DNA of 64,000 bases from Omnitrophica WOR_2 bacterium RIFCSPHIGHO2_02_FULL_50_17. Lineage in GTDB: Bacteria; Omnitrophota; Gorgyraeia; Zapsychrales; Zapsychraceae. Shown here in pieces: positions 28,055 through 37,734 of this stretch. Position 1 is the first letter of the stretch, and each line of letters starts with the position of its first letter. Where the stretch lies: the NCBI GenBank assembly GCA_001805645.1, contig MHGQ01000032.1:267-64266 (forward strand), given 5' to 3'. Made by a program: the position numbers and the translations under genes. The notes below the pieces were generated by a model. The model was not told the origin of the DNA and did no database searches. It saw only the letters and a program-made list of their open reading frames with translations.

Positions 28055-29284
28055 CTATGGAGGAACCATCATCTTTTTCGCAACGATCACAATGCCTGAG
28101 GTGGTTAGGACAAACCGCTTCGCATCTAATTCCAAGTTATAGCCTATCTGGGCGCGGGGCGGGATTTTCACTTCTTTGTCAATAATCGCATTTTGTATCT
28201 TCGCCCCCGCGCCCACAATGACGCCCTCCATAATAATGGAATTCTTGACGCTGGCATTATCGCCTATTTGGACATCGGGAGACACGATAGACGTTTCCAC
28301 ATGACCTCCCGCGATAAGGCATCCGCCCGAGATCATCGAATCAACAATCGTTCCTGTCCCGGATTTTATACTCATCATATGGGTCGGCGGGTACTGCTCA
28401 TGGAACGTCCTGATGGGCCAGGAACGGTCATAGATATCAATCTTGCTGTCGGCCTTCAGCAAATCCATATTGGCCTGATAATAGGCATCGCGCGTCCCGA
28501 TATCCCGCCAGTACCGCGGGCACTTATGCTCGTCAACGAAATTGTACACATAAATCTTCTTGCCGTTGCGGAGCATCTGCGGGATCACGTTCTTCCCGAA
28601 GTCGTGCTCCGACGCACACCGGGCATCCGATTCCAGCTCGCTCTCGAGGACATCCCGCTCAAAAAGATAAATGCCCATCGAGGCGAAGATCTCATTGGAA
28701 TTGCCGGGGATCGTCTTGGGCTGCTGCGGTTTCTCCTGAAACCCGCGGATATGATTTTCCTCGTCAACCTCCACGACACCAAACTGCGCGGAATGCTCCT
28801 TCAAAACCGGGATACAGGCCACCGTCATATCGGCCTTTTTCTTCTTATGATATCTGATCATATCCTGATAATCCATTTTATAGATATGATCACCTGCCAG
28901 GATAAGGACGAGCTTCGGCTCGCAGTCATAAATGGCATAGAGATTCTGATAAATCGCATCTGCTGTTCCTTTATACCAATCGGCGCTGATACGCTGCTGG
29001 GCAGGAATAATATCAATAAATTCCCCCAGTTGGTTGGAGAGGACATTCCAGCCGGCCAGAAGGTGCTTCTGCAGAGAAAACGATTTATACTGAGTCAAGA
29101 CATAGATCCGGCGCAGGCCCGAATTGACGCAGTTGCTGAGCGTAAAATCGATAATGCGGTAGATCCCGCCGAAAGGCACGGCCGGTTTTGTCCGGTCCCT
29201 CGTAAGAGGATCAAGCCTCTCGCCTCTTCCGCCGGCTAAAATAAATGTTAAAATCTCGCGCGTTGTCAGTCCGTTTGTATCCAT
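28055..29284 (-). CDS. glgC: Glucose-1-phosphate adenylyltransferase
   Basis: LAGGRGERL, KPAVPFGG, WYKGTADA, GDHIYKMDY, DFGKNVIP, YWRDIGT. Confidence 0.96.
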   Translation of the reverse strand: MDTNGLTTREILTFILAGGRGERLDPLTRDRTKPAVPFGGIYRIIDFTLSNCVNSGLRRIYVLTQYKSFSLQKHLLAGWNVLSNQLGEFIDIIPAQQRISADWYKGTADAIYQNLYAIYDCEPKLVLILAGDHIYKMDYQDMIRYHKKKKADMTVACIPVLKEHSAQFGVVEVDEENHIRGFQEKPQQPKTIPGNSNEIFASMGIYLFERDVLESELESDARCASEHDFGKNVIPQMLRNGKKIYVYNFVDEHKCPRYWRDIGTRDAYYQANMDLLKADSKIDIYDRSWPIRTFHEQYPPTHMMSIKSGTGTIVDSMISGGCLIAGGHVETSIVSPDVQIGDNASVKNSIIMEGVIVGAGAKIQNAIIDKEVKIPPRAQIGYNLELDAKRFVLTTSGIVIVAKKMMVPP

Positions 29285-29324
29285 AGGGCTTGGCCTGTTT
29301 CGCTGTATTATATGTTCCCTTTTC

Positions 29325-31652
29325 TTATTTTTCAATAGGAGAGACGAATTGTCCAATTTCTTTTTTAACTTCTTCATCAGAAGAATCCAAGGCTAAGGAC
29401 TGCCTGAATTCCTCAGCAGCCTTCTGCGGATCTCCCATGGCCTTATACACAAACCCTAATTTCTTATGCGCGAGGGCCAGATCCCTATTCGTCTTTATGA
29501 CCAACCGACAAACCTCCTCTGCCTTTTCATAGCTGCCCTGCTCGTAAAGGATATCGCCGATGCCCAAAACGTCTTTCGTATCCTGCGGACTTAATTTATG
29601 GGCCTTCTTTAAAAATTCCATTGTCTTTTCGTATTGTTTATCTTTGGCATAAACTTTGGCCAAGAGGAAATACGCCTTCGGCTCATTCGGCCACATCTCG
29701 ATGATCCGCAGATACTGCTTGATGGCGCCTTCGTAGGCCCCCATATCGAAGTAACAAAGCGCCAAATTATGCCGCACCTTCTGATTGCGGGGTTCTCCGA
29801 TAGCCGCCACGCGGAAATGCTCAAAGGCCTTTTCGTACTCTTTGCGCTCCGTATAAATCTTGCCGATCAAATCATAGACATCCGTGTATCCGGGGGCGAT
29901 CTTAATGGCCTCCATGGCCTCGGCAAGGGCAGGCTCATGCAGTCCTAAAGCTTCAAGGGTGAAGGCGCGGTAATAGGGCTGATAAGGATTGACGGGACTG
30001 GATCCTATCTTCAGCAAGTCCAGCTTAAGCGGCTGCCACTTGCTTAAATCAATGGCCCAACGGTCAATCGGAATCTTATTCTGCGGCACATTACGCAAAA
30101 ACACCACCCCATCATGGTCGAAATACACCGGCTTCCAGTCTTTATGCGCATACAGATAATTTAAGATTCTTTCAGGGATATGCTGATTGACGGAATTGAG
30201 AAAGGCGCCTGTGATATTGTGCTTTTTTACCATCTGCTCGAATAGCTCGGTATCGCCCTGTTCCCATATCTTCTGATACTGTTCAAAGAATTTCCCTCCG
30301 TAGACCTCGGTCCGACCGTCGATAAAAACCCGTATAGAAGGAAAAGCGTGGCCCACAAGATAAGCCCCGGAATTAAAATCATTGAAAAAATTGCCTTGGA
30401 TATTGTTCTGGACAAGAAAATCGACGGCCTTAGAGGGATACCCCCTCTTGGAAATGCCGCCGAATTCGCTTTTACGCTCATATTTATCAAAATCATAGTA
30501 GCCGTTGGCGGCGATCCCCTCCCCCAGTTGGAAAATCCATATCACAAACAACAGCTTCACAACCGCCGAGGTTAAATATAAAAATTTCTTGCCTGTAAAT
30601 CGAAGAGGGACAATATCCTTGTAGGAAACGTTAACGATGTTCGTAATGATAACCAGATACGCGGCAAAGGCAAAAAAGACGGCATTGCGCACGGCCTGCA
30701 GGGAAAAAATAAGAAAGACCAGCCAAAAAAATAAAGCGCTGATATCAATGCGCCGGCGGTTAAAGATAAAAGACACCACGGACAATATAATAAGCAGTTT
30801 ATAGGTGGCGAACTGTGCCGTATCCCACAGCGTTTGCAGGGTGATAGGCTTTTGTAATTCCTGAATATATTTGAAAAATATCTTATTCTCGCCCGAAAGC
30901 GAGAAAAAAACACTGATGGGATACCACGCCCCTTTTAATGTATACGGGTTTATGAGGCACGCCAAAACCACCAAAAGAAAAATAAACTTAAGCCGGCGAA
31001 ACTCCTCATTCGTCAAGCGCCCTGATGTGTTCCACTCATAAGGAAGCTTGACATACCGCTTAATCCATTCCGACAAAAGACCAATCAGGACAAATAAAGG
31101 ACCAAAAAAGAAAAATCCGTGGATATTCGTCCACAACACCTGAATGATCACAAGGGCCGGGGTAGCCCATTTTTTATCAATATGCAAGGCAAGAACAAAG
31201 ATATAAAAGACAAAGAAAAACAGGCTGTAAATATCCGGACGGATGGTAAAACGCTGAGCGTAAACCATCCCCACCAGATACAACACATAGGCAAGGATCA
31301 GCTGTTTGTCCTTGTTATAGCCTAAAAATAAAAGCAGCAGCATTGTCAGCATGACAACGGCCACCTGCATCTGGATAAGGCCGTCCGGCCCCCAGATATT
31401 GTAAATATTGTAAACGATGACCTGAAACAGCCACTCATGATTAATCCACGGTGTGCCCGCAATCGTGAAGGAAAGGATGTCGTAGGGAGGCACATATCGA
31501 TGGAGCATGATAAATTTTCCAACGCCAATATGCAGCCACAAATCCAGGTCCTTGATTTCAACCTGGGCCATACAAAAGACAAGCCCGAATATAGCCCCCA
31601 GAGGCAATAAACCCGTCCCATAACTCACCTTTCTCCAAAAATTATCACTCAC
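29325..31652 (-). CDS. Multi-TM membrane protein (GT-C-like) with C-terminal TPRs
   Basis: DLDLWLHIGVG, WINHEWL, RPDIYS, WTNIHG, FIDGRTEVYG; TPR-like C-terminus. Confidence 0.75.
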   Translation of the reverse strand: MSDNFWRKVSYGTGLLPLGAIFGLVFCMAQVEIKDLDLWLHIGVGKFIMLHRYVPPYDILSFTIAGTPWINHEWLFQVIVYNIYNIWGPDGLIQMQVAVVMLTMLLLLFLGYNKDKQLILAYVLYLVGMVYAQRFTIRPDIYSLFFFVFYIFVLALHIDKKWATPALVIIQVLWTNIHGFFFFGPLFVLIGLLSEWIKRYVKLPYEWNTSGRLTNEEFRRLKFIFLLVVLACLINPYTLKGAWYPISVFFSLSGENKIFFKYIQELQKPITLQTLWDTAQFATYKLLIILSVVSFIFNRRRIDISALFFWLVFLIFSLQAVRNAVFFAFAAYLVIITNIVNVSYKDIVPLRFTGKKFLYLTSAVVKLLFVIWIFQLGEGIAANGYYDFDKYERKSEFGGISKRGYPSKAVDFLVQNNIQGNFFNDFNSGAYLVGHAFPSIRVFIDGRTEVYGGKFFEQYQKIWEQGDTELFEQMVKKHNITGAFLNSVNQHIPERILNYLYAHKDWKPVYFDHDGVVFLRNVPQNKIPIDRWAIDLSKWQPLKLDLLKIGSSPVNPYQPYYRAFTLEALGLHEPALAEAMEAIKIAPGYTDVYDLIGKIYTERKEYEKAFEHFRVAAIGEPRNQKVRHNLALCYFDMGAYEGAIKQYLRIIEMWPNEPKAYFLLAKVYAKDKQYEKTMEFLKKAHKLSPQDTKDVLGIGDILYEQGSYEKAEEVCRLVIKTNRDLALAHKKLGFVYKAMGDPQKAAEEFRQSLALDSSDEEVKKEIGQFVSPIEK

Positions 31653-33880
31653 GGGATTGCCCTCCTCATCTTTAGTCCGATATCTTCCAACGCCTTTTTT
31701 ATCTTCGTATCGTCCGGATCCGCCTCAATGGCCATTGCATAAACCGCTTGGGCGCGTCCATATTCTCTCTGCAGCGACAGAAGATCGCCCATCCTGAGAA
31801 GCTCCTCCACGGATTGAGGGGCAAGACGATGCGCCTTTTCCAAAGTCTGCTGATATAAATCATAATCCTGTTCCCGCGCGGCAATAAGAGCAGAAAGAAA
31901 CAATGCCTTGGCATGTTCCGGCCTTTTCTTCAAGACAAAACGACACTGTTCTTTAGCGCCCCTCATCTCATCCAGATGATAAAGAGAGAATGCCAGATAA
32001 TAACGTATCCATATATCCTCGGCGTCAAGGAGCTTGGCTTTCCTTAAGTTTTCAAACGCCTTGGCGTAATCCTTATTTTCGATATTGAGCTTCCCCAGAA
32101 GCATATAAAGCCTCGCGTTGTAAGGCTCAATTCTCATGCCTTCCTCAGTCTCCTGAATGGCCTTATCATAAAGCTTCATGTTGAACAAGGCATAAGCCCT
32201 GTTGACATAACGAGAAGGGGTTATCTTATTGAGACCTAATCCCAATAATTCCGTTTTCTTAGTCTGCCATTGGGATAAATCCACTCTATGAGACTCAATC
32301 CATTTCTTGTTTTCCGGAATATCCCGCAGAAAAATCGCCGCATCATAATCAAAATAAACTAAGACCCAGTCCTTATCCGCGTAAAGATAAGAAATCAATT
32401 CCCCCGGCGCCGGCGCCTGCACGGAATTTAAAAATGCCCCCGTCAGATGATAATCCCGCACCGCCTCCTCAAAAAGCCTCTTGTCCCCATTCCAAATTTT
32501 GTCATATCGCTTGAAAAATACCGCCCCATAGACCTCGGTGCGGCCGTCTATGAAGACCTTGATACGGGGAAATGTCCGGCCAATCAGGTAGGCGCCGGAG
32601 TTGAAGTCATTGAAAAAATGGCCTCTGATATTGTTCTTAATCAAAAAATCAACAGCCCTGTGAGGATAATTCTGCAGGGAAACTCCGCCGAATTCGCTCT
32701 TCCAGCTCTCTTTATCGAAATCATAATATGCCCTTAAAGAATTCTGATGAATAAACTGAACCATCCAAATGATCAGCAGGGCCTTCAGCGCCGCGGCCCC
32801 TCCATGTTTATAATTCCTGTGCGCAAATCTTAAACGTAAAACCCTGGCCATCGGCACGTGCTGCGAATTGACACAAAAAACAAAATACGCCGCAAAGGCA
32901 AAGAACGTAATATTCCTGACGGCATGAAGAGCCGAGAAAAGAAAAACAATCCAAAACATCAACGCACCGATATCCATTCTGCGCCAGTTCCATAAAAAGC
33001 TAAGAAAGGAAAGCAGGATGAGCCATTTCAGATCGGGGTAATACCTCCACGAAAAAAGCGTCTCCCATGTGATCGGACTTTGCAGTTCCTGGATATGCTC
33101 AAAAAATATCCTGTTTTCCCCCCCCATGGAGAAGAAAACGCCCAAAGGATACCATGCCCCTTTAATAAAATAAGGGTTAAACAAACACGCCAATAGGACA
33201 ACGAAAAAAACCTCCCTTAACCAAGCGTATTCCTTAAGGCTCAGACGGCCGGCCTGATTCCACTGGGATGGAAGAGAAACGTGCCGCTTCATCCACTCCC
33301 CGCACACCTTAACCGCAATGATAAAGGGCCCCAGGATGAAAAATCCGTGGATATTGCTCCACAACACCTGAACCAGAAACAGAATCCACACCCCCCACCT
33401 GCTTGTAAGATGAACGGCCAGGATATAGAGATACAAAGCAAAGAAGAGCAAACTAAATATCTCAGGCCGAAGCGTAAATCGGAATTGGCAAATAAGAAGA
33501 ACGAGGAACAGCATCAGGAGGGGGGCAAACTGCCTCTTGCGGCTGTAACCCAACATCAAAAGGAAGGCAAACGTGACGGCCACAACCACGGCCTGCAAGC
33601 CAATCAGACCGTCAAAACCCGCCAGGCGGTAGAAAAAATAGACAATAACCTGAAAAAGCCACTCGTGGTTACTCCAGGGCTTGTGGGCAAGGGCGCAGGA
33701 AAAAACGTCTTCAAGGGGGATGTGATGATGCTCAACGATATATCTGCCGGCTGCCAGATGCAGCCATAGATCTAAGTCCTTGATTTCAACATTGGCGGCC
33801 AGAAGGATTGACCAGAACAAAGAAAAGACGGCCGCCCCCCCAACAAAAAAACTCAGCCTTTTCCAAAACCATTCGCTCAT
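31649..33880 (-). CDS. Multi-TM membrane protein (GT-C-like) with C-terminal TPRs; paralogue of 29325-31652
   Basis: Same motifs: DLDLWLH, NHEWLFQV, WSNIHGFF, FFNDFNSGAYL, FIDGRTEVYG. Confidence 0.75.
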   Translation of the reverse strand: MSEWFWKRLSFFVGGAAVFSLFWSILLAANVEIKDLDLWLHLAAGRYIVEHHHIPLEDVFSCALAHKPWSNHEWLFQVIVYFFYRLAGFDGLIGLQAVVVAVTFAFLLMLGYSRKRQFAPLLMLFLVLLICQFRFTLRPEIFSLLFFALYLYILAVHLTSRWGVWILFLVQVLWSNIHGFFILGPFIIAVKVCGEWMKRHVSLPSQWNQAGRLSLKEYAWLREVFFVVLLACLFNPYFIKGAWYPLGVFFSMGGENRIFFEHIQELQSPITWETLFSWRYYPDLKWLILLSFLSFLWNWRRMDIGALMFWIVFLFSALHAVRNITFFAFAAYFVFCVNSQHVPMARVLRLRFAHRNYKHGGAAALKALLIIWMVQFIHQNSLRAYYDFDKESWKSEFGGVSLQNYPHRAVDFLIKNNIRGHFFNDFNSGAYLIGRTFPRIKVFIDGRTEVYGAVFFKRYDKIWNGDKRLFEEAVRDYHLTGAFLNSVQAPAPGELISYLYADKDWVLVYFDYDAAIFLRDIPENKKWIESHRVDLSQWQTKKTELLGLGLNKITPSRYVNRAYALFNMKLYDKAIQETEEGMRIEPYNARLYMLLGKLNIENKDYAKAFENLRKAKLLDAEDIWIRYYLAFSLYHLDEMRGAKEQCRFVLKKRPEHAKALFLSALIAAREQDYDLYQQTLEKAHRLAPQSVEELLRMGDLLSLQREYGRAQAVYAMAIEADPDDTKIKKALEDIGLKMRRAIP

Positions 33881-33898
33881 AAGCCGATACTCTAAAGG

Positions 33899-34774
33899 TT
33901 ATCCTTCCAAAACAAAATGCCCCTGGCCTTGGTCAACGAGGCGCGCCTTGGGCGCCATCTGAATTCCCCTCCCGTGTGGAATGGCTTTATAATCTATCGC
34001 CGCGGCCAGAAGCTCTTTCGTATAAGGATGCAGGGGATTCCGGAAAATTTCTTCCGCGGGAGCCGCTTCCACAATCTTGCCCTGATACATCACGGCGATC
34101 TTCCGGCTGATCTTCTTGACCACCCTCAAATTATGGGAAATAAAAAAGTACGTCAAATGATATCTTTGCTGCAAATCCGCGAGAAGATTAATCAACTGCT
34201 GTTGTATTATAACATCCAAAGAGGAAACCGCTTCGTCCAGAATCAATAATCTAGGGTTGAGCACCAGGGCCCTGGCGATGGCGATGCGCTGGCGCTCCCC
34301 GCCGCTGAATTCATGCGGATAACGGCTCAGAATATCGGGCTGGCGAAGTCCCACAGCCTCAAGAAGCTCCGCCATCCGATCCCTCTGGGCATCCTCTGTC
34401 GGATAGGCGTTCATGGTGAGCGTCATAGCCTCTCTTAAGATATGACGCACGGTAAACCGAGGATCCAGACTGCTGTAAGGGTCCTGAAAAACCATTTGCA
34501 TGTTCTTTCGGTACTCCTTCAGATAGCGGTTGGGGATACGGGAGATGTCTTCGCCGTTAAAGACAATCGAACCGCCATCCGCCGGAATCAATCGAAGCGC
34601 AATCCTCCCCAGCGTGGTCTTGCCGCAGCCGGATTCCCCCACCAGGCTCAAATTCTCGCCGGAGGCGATATCCAGGCTCACATCGTCAACAGCCCGCACA
34701 AAGCGCTGTCTCTTGTCCGTCCCACCGTGTTTAATGGGAAAAAATTTTTTTATATTTTTCAATTCCAGAAGCAC
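33899..34774 (-). CDS. Oligopeptide/dipeptide ABC transporter ATPase (OppF-like)
   Basis: GESGCGKT, QMVFQDPYSSL, FSGGERQR, HPYT. Confidence 0.92.
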   Translation of the reverse strand: MLLELKNIKKFFPIKHGGTDKRQRFVRAVDDVSLDIASGENLSLVGESGCGKTTLGRIALRLIPADGGSIVFNGEDISRIPNRYLKEYRKNMQMVFQDPYSSLDPRFTVRHILREAMTLTMNAYPTEDAQRDRMAELLEAVGLRQPDILSRYPHEFSGGERQRIAIARALVLNPRLLILDEAVSSLDVIIQQQLINLLADLQQRYHLTYFFISHNLRVVKKISRKIAVMYQGKIVEAAPAEEIFRNPLHPYTKELLAAAIDYKAIPHGRGIQMAPKARLVDQGQGHFVLEG

Positions 34775-34776
34775 GT

Positions 34777-35562
34777 CTACCCCTCCATCGCCTCCCTCAA
34801 CTGGCATGTATAAGGGTGCTGAGGCCCCTCCAGCACATCCTTTGTCTTGCCTGCCTCGACAATCTTCCCCTCTCTCATAACAGCAACAGAATCAGCCATG
34901 CGGGCCACCATCCCCAGATCATGCGTGATGAGGAGAATCGACAGCCGCAATTCTTCTTTTAATTTCAGGAAGAGCTCCATGATTCTCGCCTGCAAGGTCA
35001 CATCCAGGCTGCTCGTAGGCTCATCGGCGATGATAAGCCTGGGGCCCCCGGCAATGGCCTGGGCAATCATCACCCGCTGGCGCATCCCCCCGCTTAACTG
35101 ATGGGGATAACTGCGGGAAATGCGGGAAGGATCCGGCAGTCCCACCTGATCCATAAGCTCCAAAATTCTCTGCTGCCGTTGCCGCCGATTCAGGCTTGTG
35201 TGACAGCGCAGGACCTCTTCTATCTGGTAGCCGACGCAGAAAACAGGGTTCAGGGCCTGCAGCGGCTCCTGAAAGACCATACTGATTTCTTTCCCGCGCA
35301 GTTGACGCATCCGCTCCGGCGGGACATGGAACAACTGTTCCTGGTTAAAGACAATCTCTCCCTCCTTGACCCTCAGACCCAGCGGCAAAAGTCTCAAAAT
35401 AGAAAGCCCAACGGTTGTCTTGCCGCTTCCAGAACCGCCGACCAAGGCCGTAATGCTGAACGCCGGCACGTCCAGGGCGATGCGGTCCACCAGGACTTTC
35501 TCCCGGCCAGTGCCACTAACTGTAACGGTTAGATTCTTTAAACTTAAAAGCGGAGGATTCAT
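34777..35562 (-). CDS. Oligopeptide/dipeptide ABC transporter ATPase (OppD-like)
   Basis: GGSGSGKT, YPHQLSGGMRQR, ADEPT. Confidence 0.92.
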   Translation of the reverse strand: MNPPLLSLKNLTVTVSGTGREKVLVDRIALDVPAFSITALVGGSGSGKTTVGLSILRLLPLGLRVKEGEIVFNQEQLFHVPPERMRQLRGKEISMVFQEPLQALNPVFCVGYQIEEVLRCHTSLNRRQRQQRILELMDQVGLPDPSRISRSYPHQLSGGMRQRVMIAQAIAGGPRLIIADEPTSSLDVTLQARIMELFLKLKEELRLSILLITHDLGMVARMADSVAVMREGKIVEAGKTKDVLEGPQHPYTCQLREAMEG

Positions 35563-36662
35563 CCGTCCCTGTGTCCTTCTGCCTTCAACATCGGATCCAA
35601 ACAATCCCTCAAGGCATCACCGATAACGTTAAAGCAGACAACCGTCAGAAAAATCAAGAATGCCGGCGACAAAATCCACGGCGCAAACTTAATCCGGACA
35701 ATGCTCATGGCATCACTCAGCATATTGCCCCAGCTGGCGTAAGGGTCCTGAATGCCTAGGCCAATGAGGCTCAAGGCTGATTCCCCTAAGATGTATCCGG
35801 GGATGGAGAGCATCACGGCAAAGATAGAATAAGACAACGTATGCGGCAGGATATGGCGCAGGATGATCCGGATATCCGAAAGGCCCAGACTTTTGGCCGC
35901 CAGGACATATTCCCTTTCGCGCAGCGAAAGACACATGCCGCGGACGATGCGCGCCAACCCGGCCCATCCGATAAAGGAGAGAATAATCACGATAGAGAAA
36001 TAAACCTGCACGGAATTGAAATTATCCGGCACGGCCGCCCGGAGGGCCAACAGTAAATAAAAACCGGGCACCATCATAAACATCTCGCATAGGCGCATCA
36101 GAAAGTTATCCAGCCTCCCGCCGTAATACCCGGAGATGCCGCCTATGATAAGCCCCAGGGAAAACGCAATCACCGCCCCCATCAACCCTATGGTCAAAGA
36201 GACCCTGCCTCCATACAAAAGCCGCGAAAACATGTCCCGTCCGCGTGCATCCGCGCCCAGGAGATACCATCGCCCCGGCGCCTCAACCCCGAAGAAATGA
36301 CGGCGGCAGGGGAATAGGCCGAGGAAACGGTATTCCTCTCCCTTGACCAAGAATTGAAGAGGATAGTGTTTCGCGGGATCGCGTTGATACACCCTTTTAT
36401 TATATTCATCAAAGCTGAGTTTCATGCCGTTCACATAAGGCCAGGCAAGCCTGCCGTTATCGAAAAAATGAATCGATGTCGGCGGGGCGTAGGAATAGTT
36501 TCTATTCTCATCTTTGAAAGAGTAGGGGGAAAGAAAATCGGCGAGGACAGCCCCCCCATAAAGCAGAGACAAAATCATCACACCCGTCCACGCCAGCCGG
36601 TTTCTCCTGAAATGGCGAAAGGCGATTTGAAACTCGCTCAAATGTCCAGATTGTTTATTCAT
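35559..36662 (-). CDS. ABC transporter permease (OppC-like)
   Basis: LGADARGRDMFSR, GWAGLARIVRG, EAA loop, GDALRDCLDP. Confidence 0.92.
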   Translation of the reverse strand: MNKQSGHLSEFQIAFRHFRRNRLAWTGVMILSLLYGGAVLADFLSPYSFKDENRNYSYAPPTSIHFFDNGRLAWPYVNGMKLSFDEYNKRVYQRDPAKHYPLQFLVKGEEYRFLGLFPCRRHFFGVEAPGRWYLLGADARGRDMFSRLLYGGRVSLTIGLMGAVIAFSLGLIIGGISGYYGGRLDNFLMRLCEMFMMVPGFYLLLALRAAVPDNFNSVQVYFSIVIILSFIGWAGLARIVRGMCLSLREREYVLAAKSLGLSDIRIILRHILPHTLSYSIFAVMLSIPGYILGESALSLIGLGIQDPYASWGNMLSDAMSIVRIKFAPWILSPAFLIFLTVVCFNVIGDALRDCLDPMLKAEGHRDG

Positions 36663-37620
36663 ATCGTATCCGGGGGTCCGCCTTGGCCAGTCCGATATCG
36701 GCCAGCAGGTTTCCGACAATAAACATCACCCCCCCCATCAGCATACTCGCCATGACAAGGTAAATATCCTTGGAGCGCACCGCGGTCAGCATCAAAGACC
36801 CCAGTCCCGGCCAGCTGCAGATAATCTCAATGAGCGCCGCCCCGCTTAAGAGGCTGGAAAACTCATAGCCCAGCAGGGTAATAAGGGGATTGATCGCGTT
36901 ACGAAGCGCGTGAAGATAAATCACCCTGTTCTCCGGCAATCCCTTGGCCCTGGCCGTTAAAATATACTGCTGCCCCAAGACCTCAAGCATATTCCCCCGC
37001 ATAATCCTCTGCAGCCATGCGATAGAACCTATGGACAGCGCCATGGCCGGAATAACCAGATGTCTTAAAATATCCGTCAACTGCCCCCAAGGCTTAAGAC
37101 TCTCAAAGCCGGGGCTGTACATACCGCCCAACGGTAGAGCGCCGCTCTGGCTTGCCCAAAACAAAAAAAGCATGGCGAGAAAGAAACTCGGCAGGGAGAA
37201 ACAGACATAAGAAAAAAATTGAATGCACCTGTCAATAAACTGGTTTCTGTGCAGGGCGGCCCAAATCCCGAGGGGAATCGCGACCACCCATGTCAGGAGA
37301 AACCCTGCCAACGAAAGGAGAAAAGTATTCCACAAACGGCTTCCTATAATCCGATACACCGGCACGTTGTAATGAAAAGAATACCCCAGCTCAAGTCTTA
37401 ATAAATTTTTGATCCACTGGATATACTGCACCAGAAGGGGCTTATCAAACTGGTACAATTTCTCATAGTAGGCAATGGTTTCCTGCGAGAATTGCGGATC
37501 CAGACGGACGGTATCGAGATAATTGCCCGGGGTCATCCGTATGAGCACAAAGGTCAATAAGGCGATCCCCAAAAGCATCGGGACAGCGACCAGAAATCTT
37601 TTAAGGATGTATTTAAGCAT
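36655..37620 (-). CDS. ABC transporter permease (OppB-like)
   Basis: MLKYILKR, TARAKGL, HALRNA, WPGLG, DPRIRY. Confidence 0.92.
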   Translation of the reverse strand: MLKYILKRFLVAVPMLLGIALLTFVLIRMTPGNYLDTVRLDPQFSQETIAYYEKLYQFDKPLLVQYIQWIKNLLRLELGYSFHYNVPVYRIIGSRLWNTFLLSLAGFLLTWVVAIPLGIWAALHRNQFIDRCIQFFSYVCFSLPSFFLAMLFLFWASQSGALPLGGMYSPGFESLKPWGQLTDILRHLVIPAMALSIGSIAWLQRIMRGNMLEVLGQQYILTARAKGLPENRVIYLHALRNAINPLITLLGYEFSSLLSGAALIEIICSWPGLGSLMLTAVRSKDIYLVMASMLMGGVMFIVGNLLADIGLAKADPRIRYE

Positions 37621-37660
37621 ACGCTTAACTTGAGTCTGGCAAATTCTCCGATATTTATCT

Positions 37661-37711
37661 CCTCCCCCTCGATGGGGGAGGTCCCCTATCCCCTCCCATC
37701 GAGAGAGGGGA
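37661..37711. repeat. REP-like hairpin doublet between the oppA- and oppB-like genes
   Basis: cctccccctcgatgggggagg and tcccctcccatcgagagagggga. Confidence 0.65.
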
Positions 37712-37734
37712 ATCCTACAGGAACTTTCCCTTTA

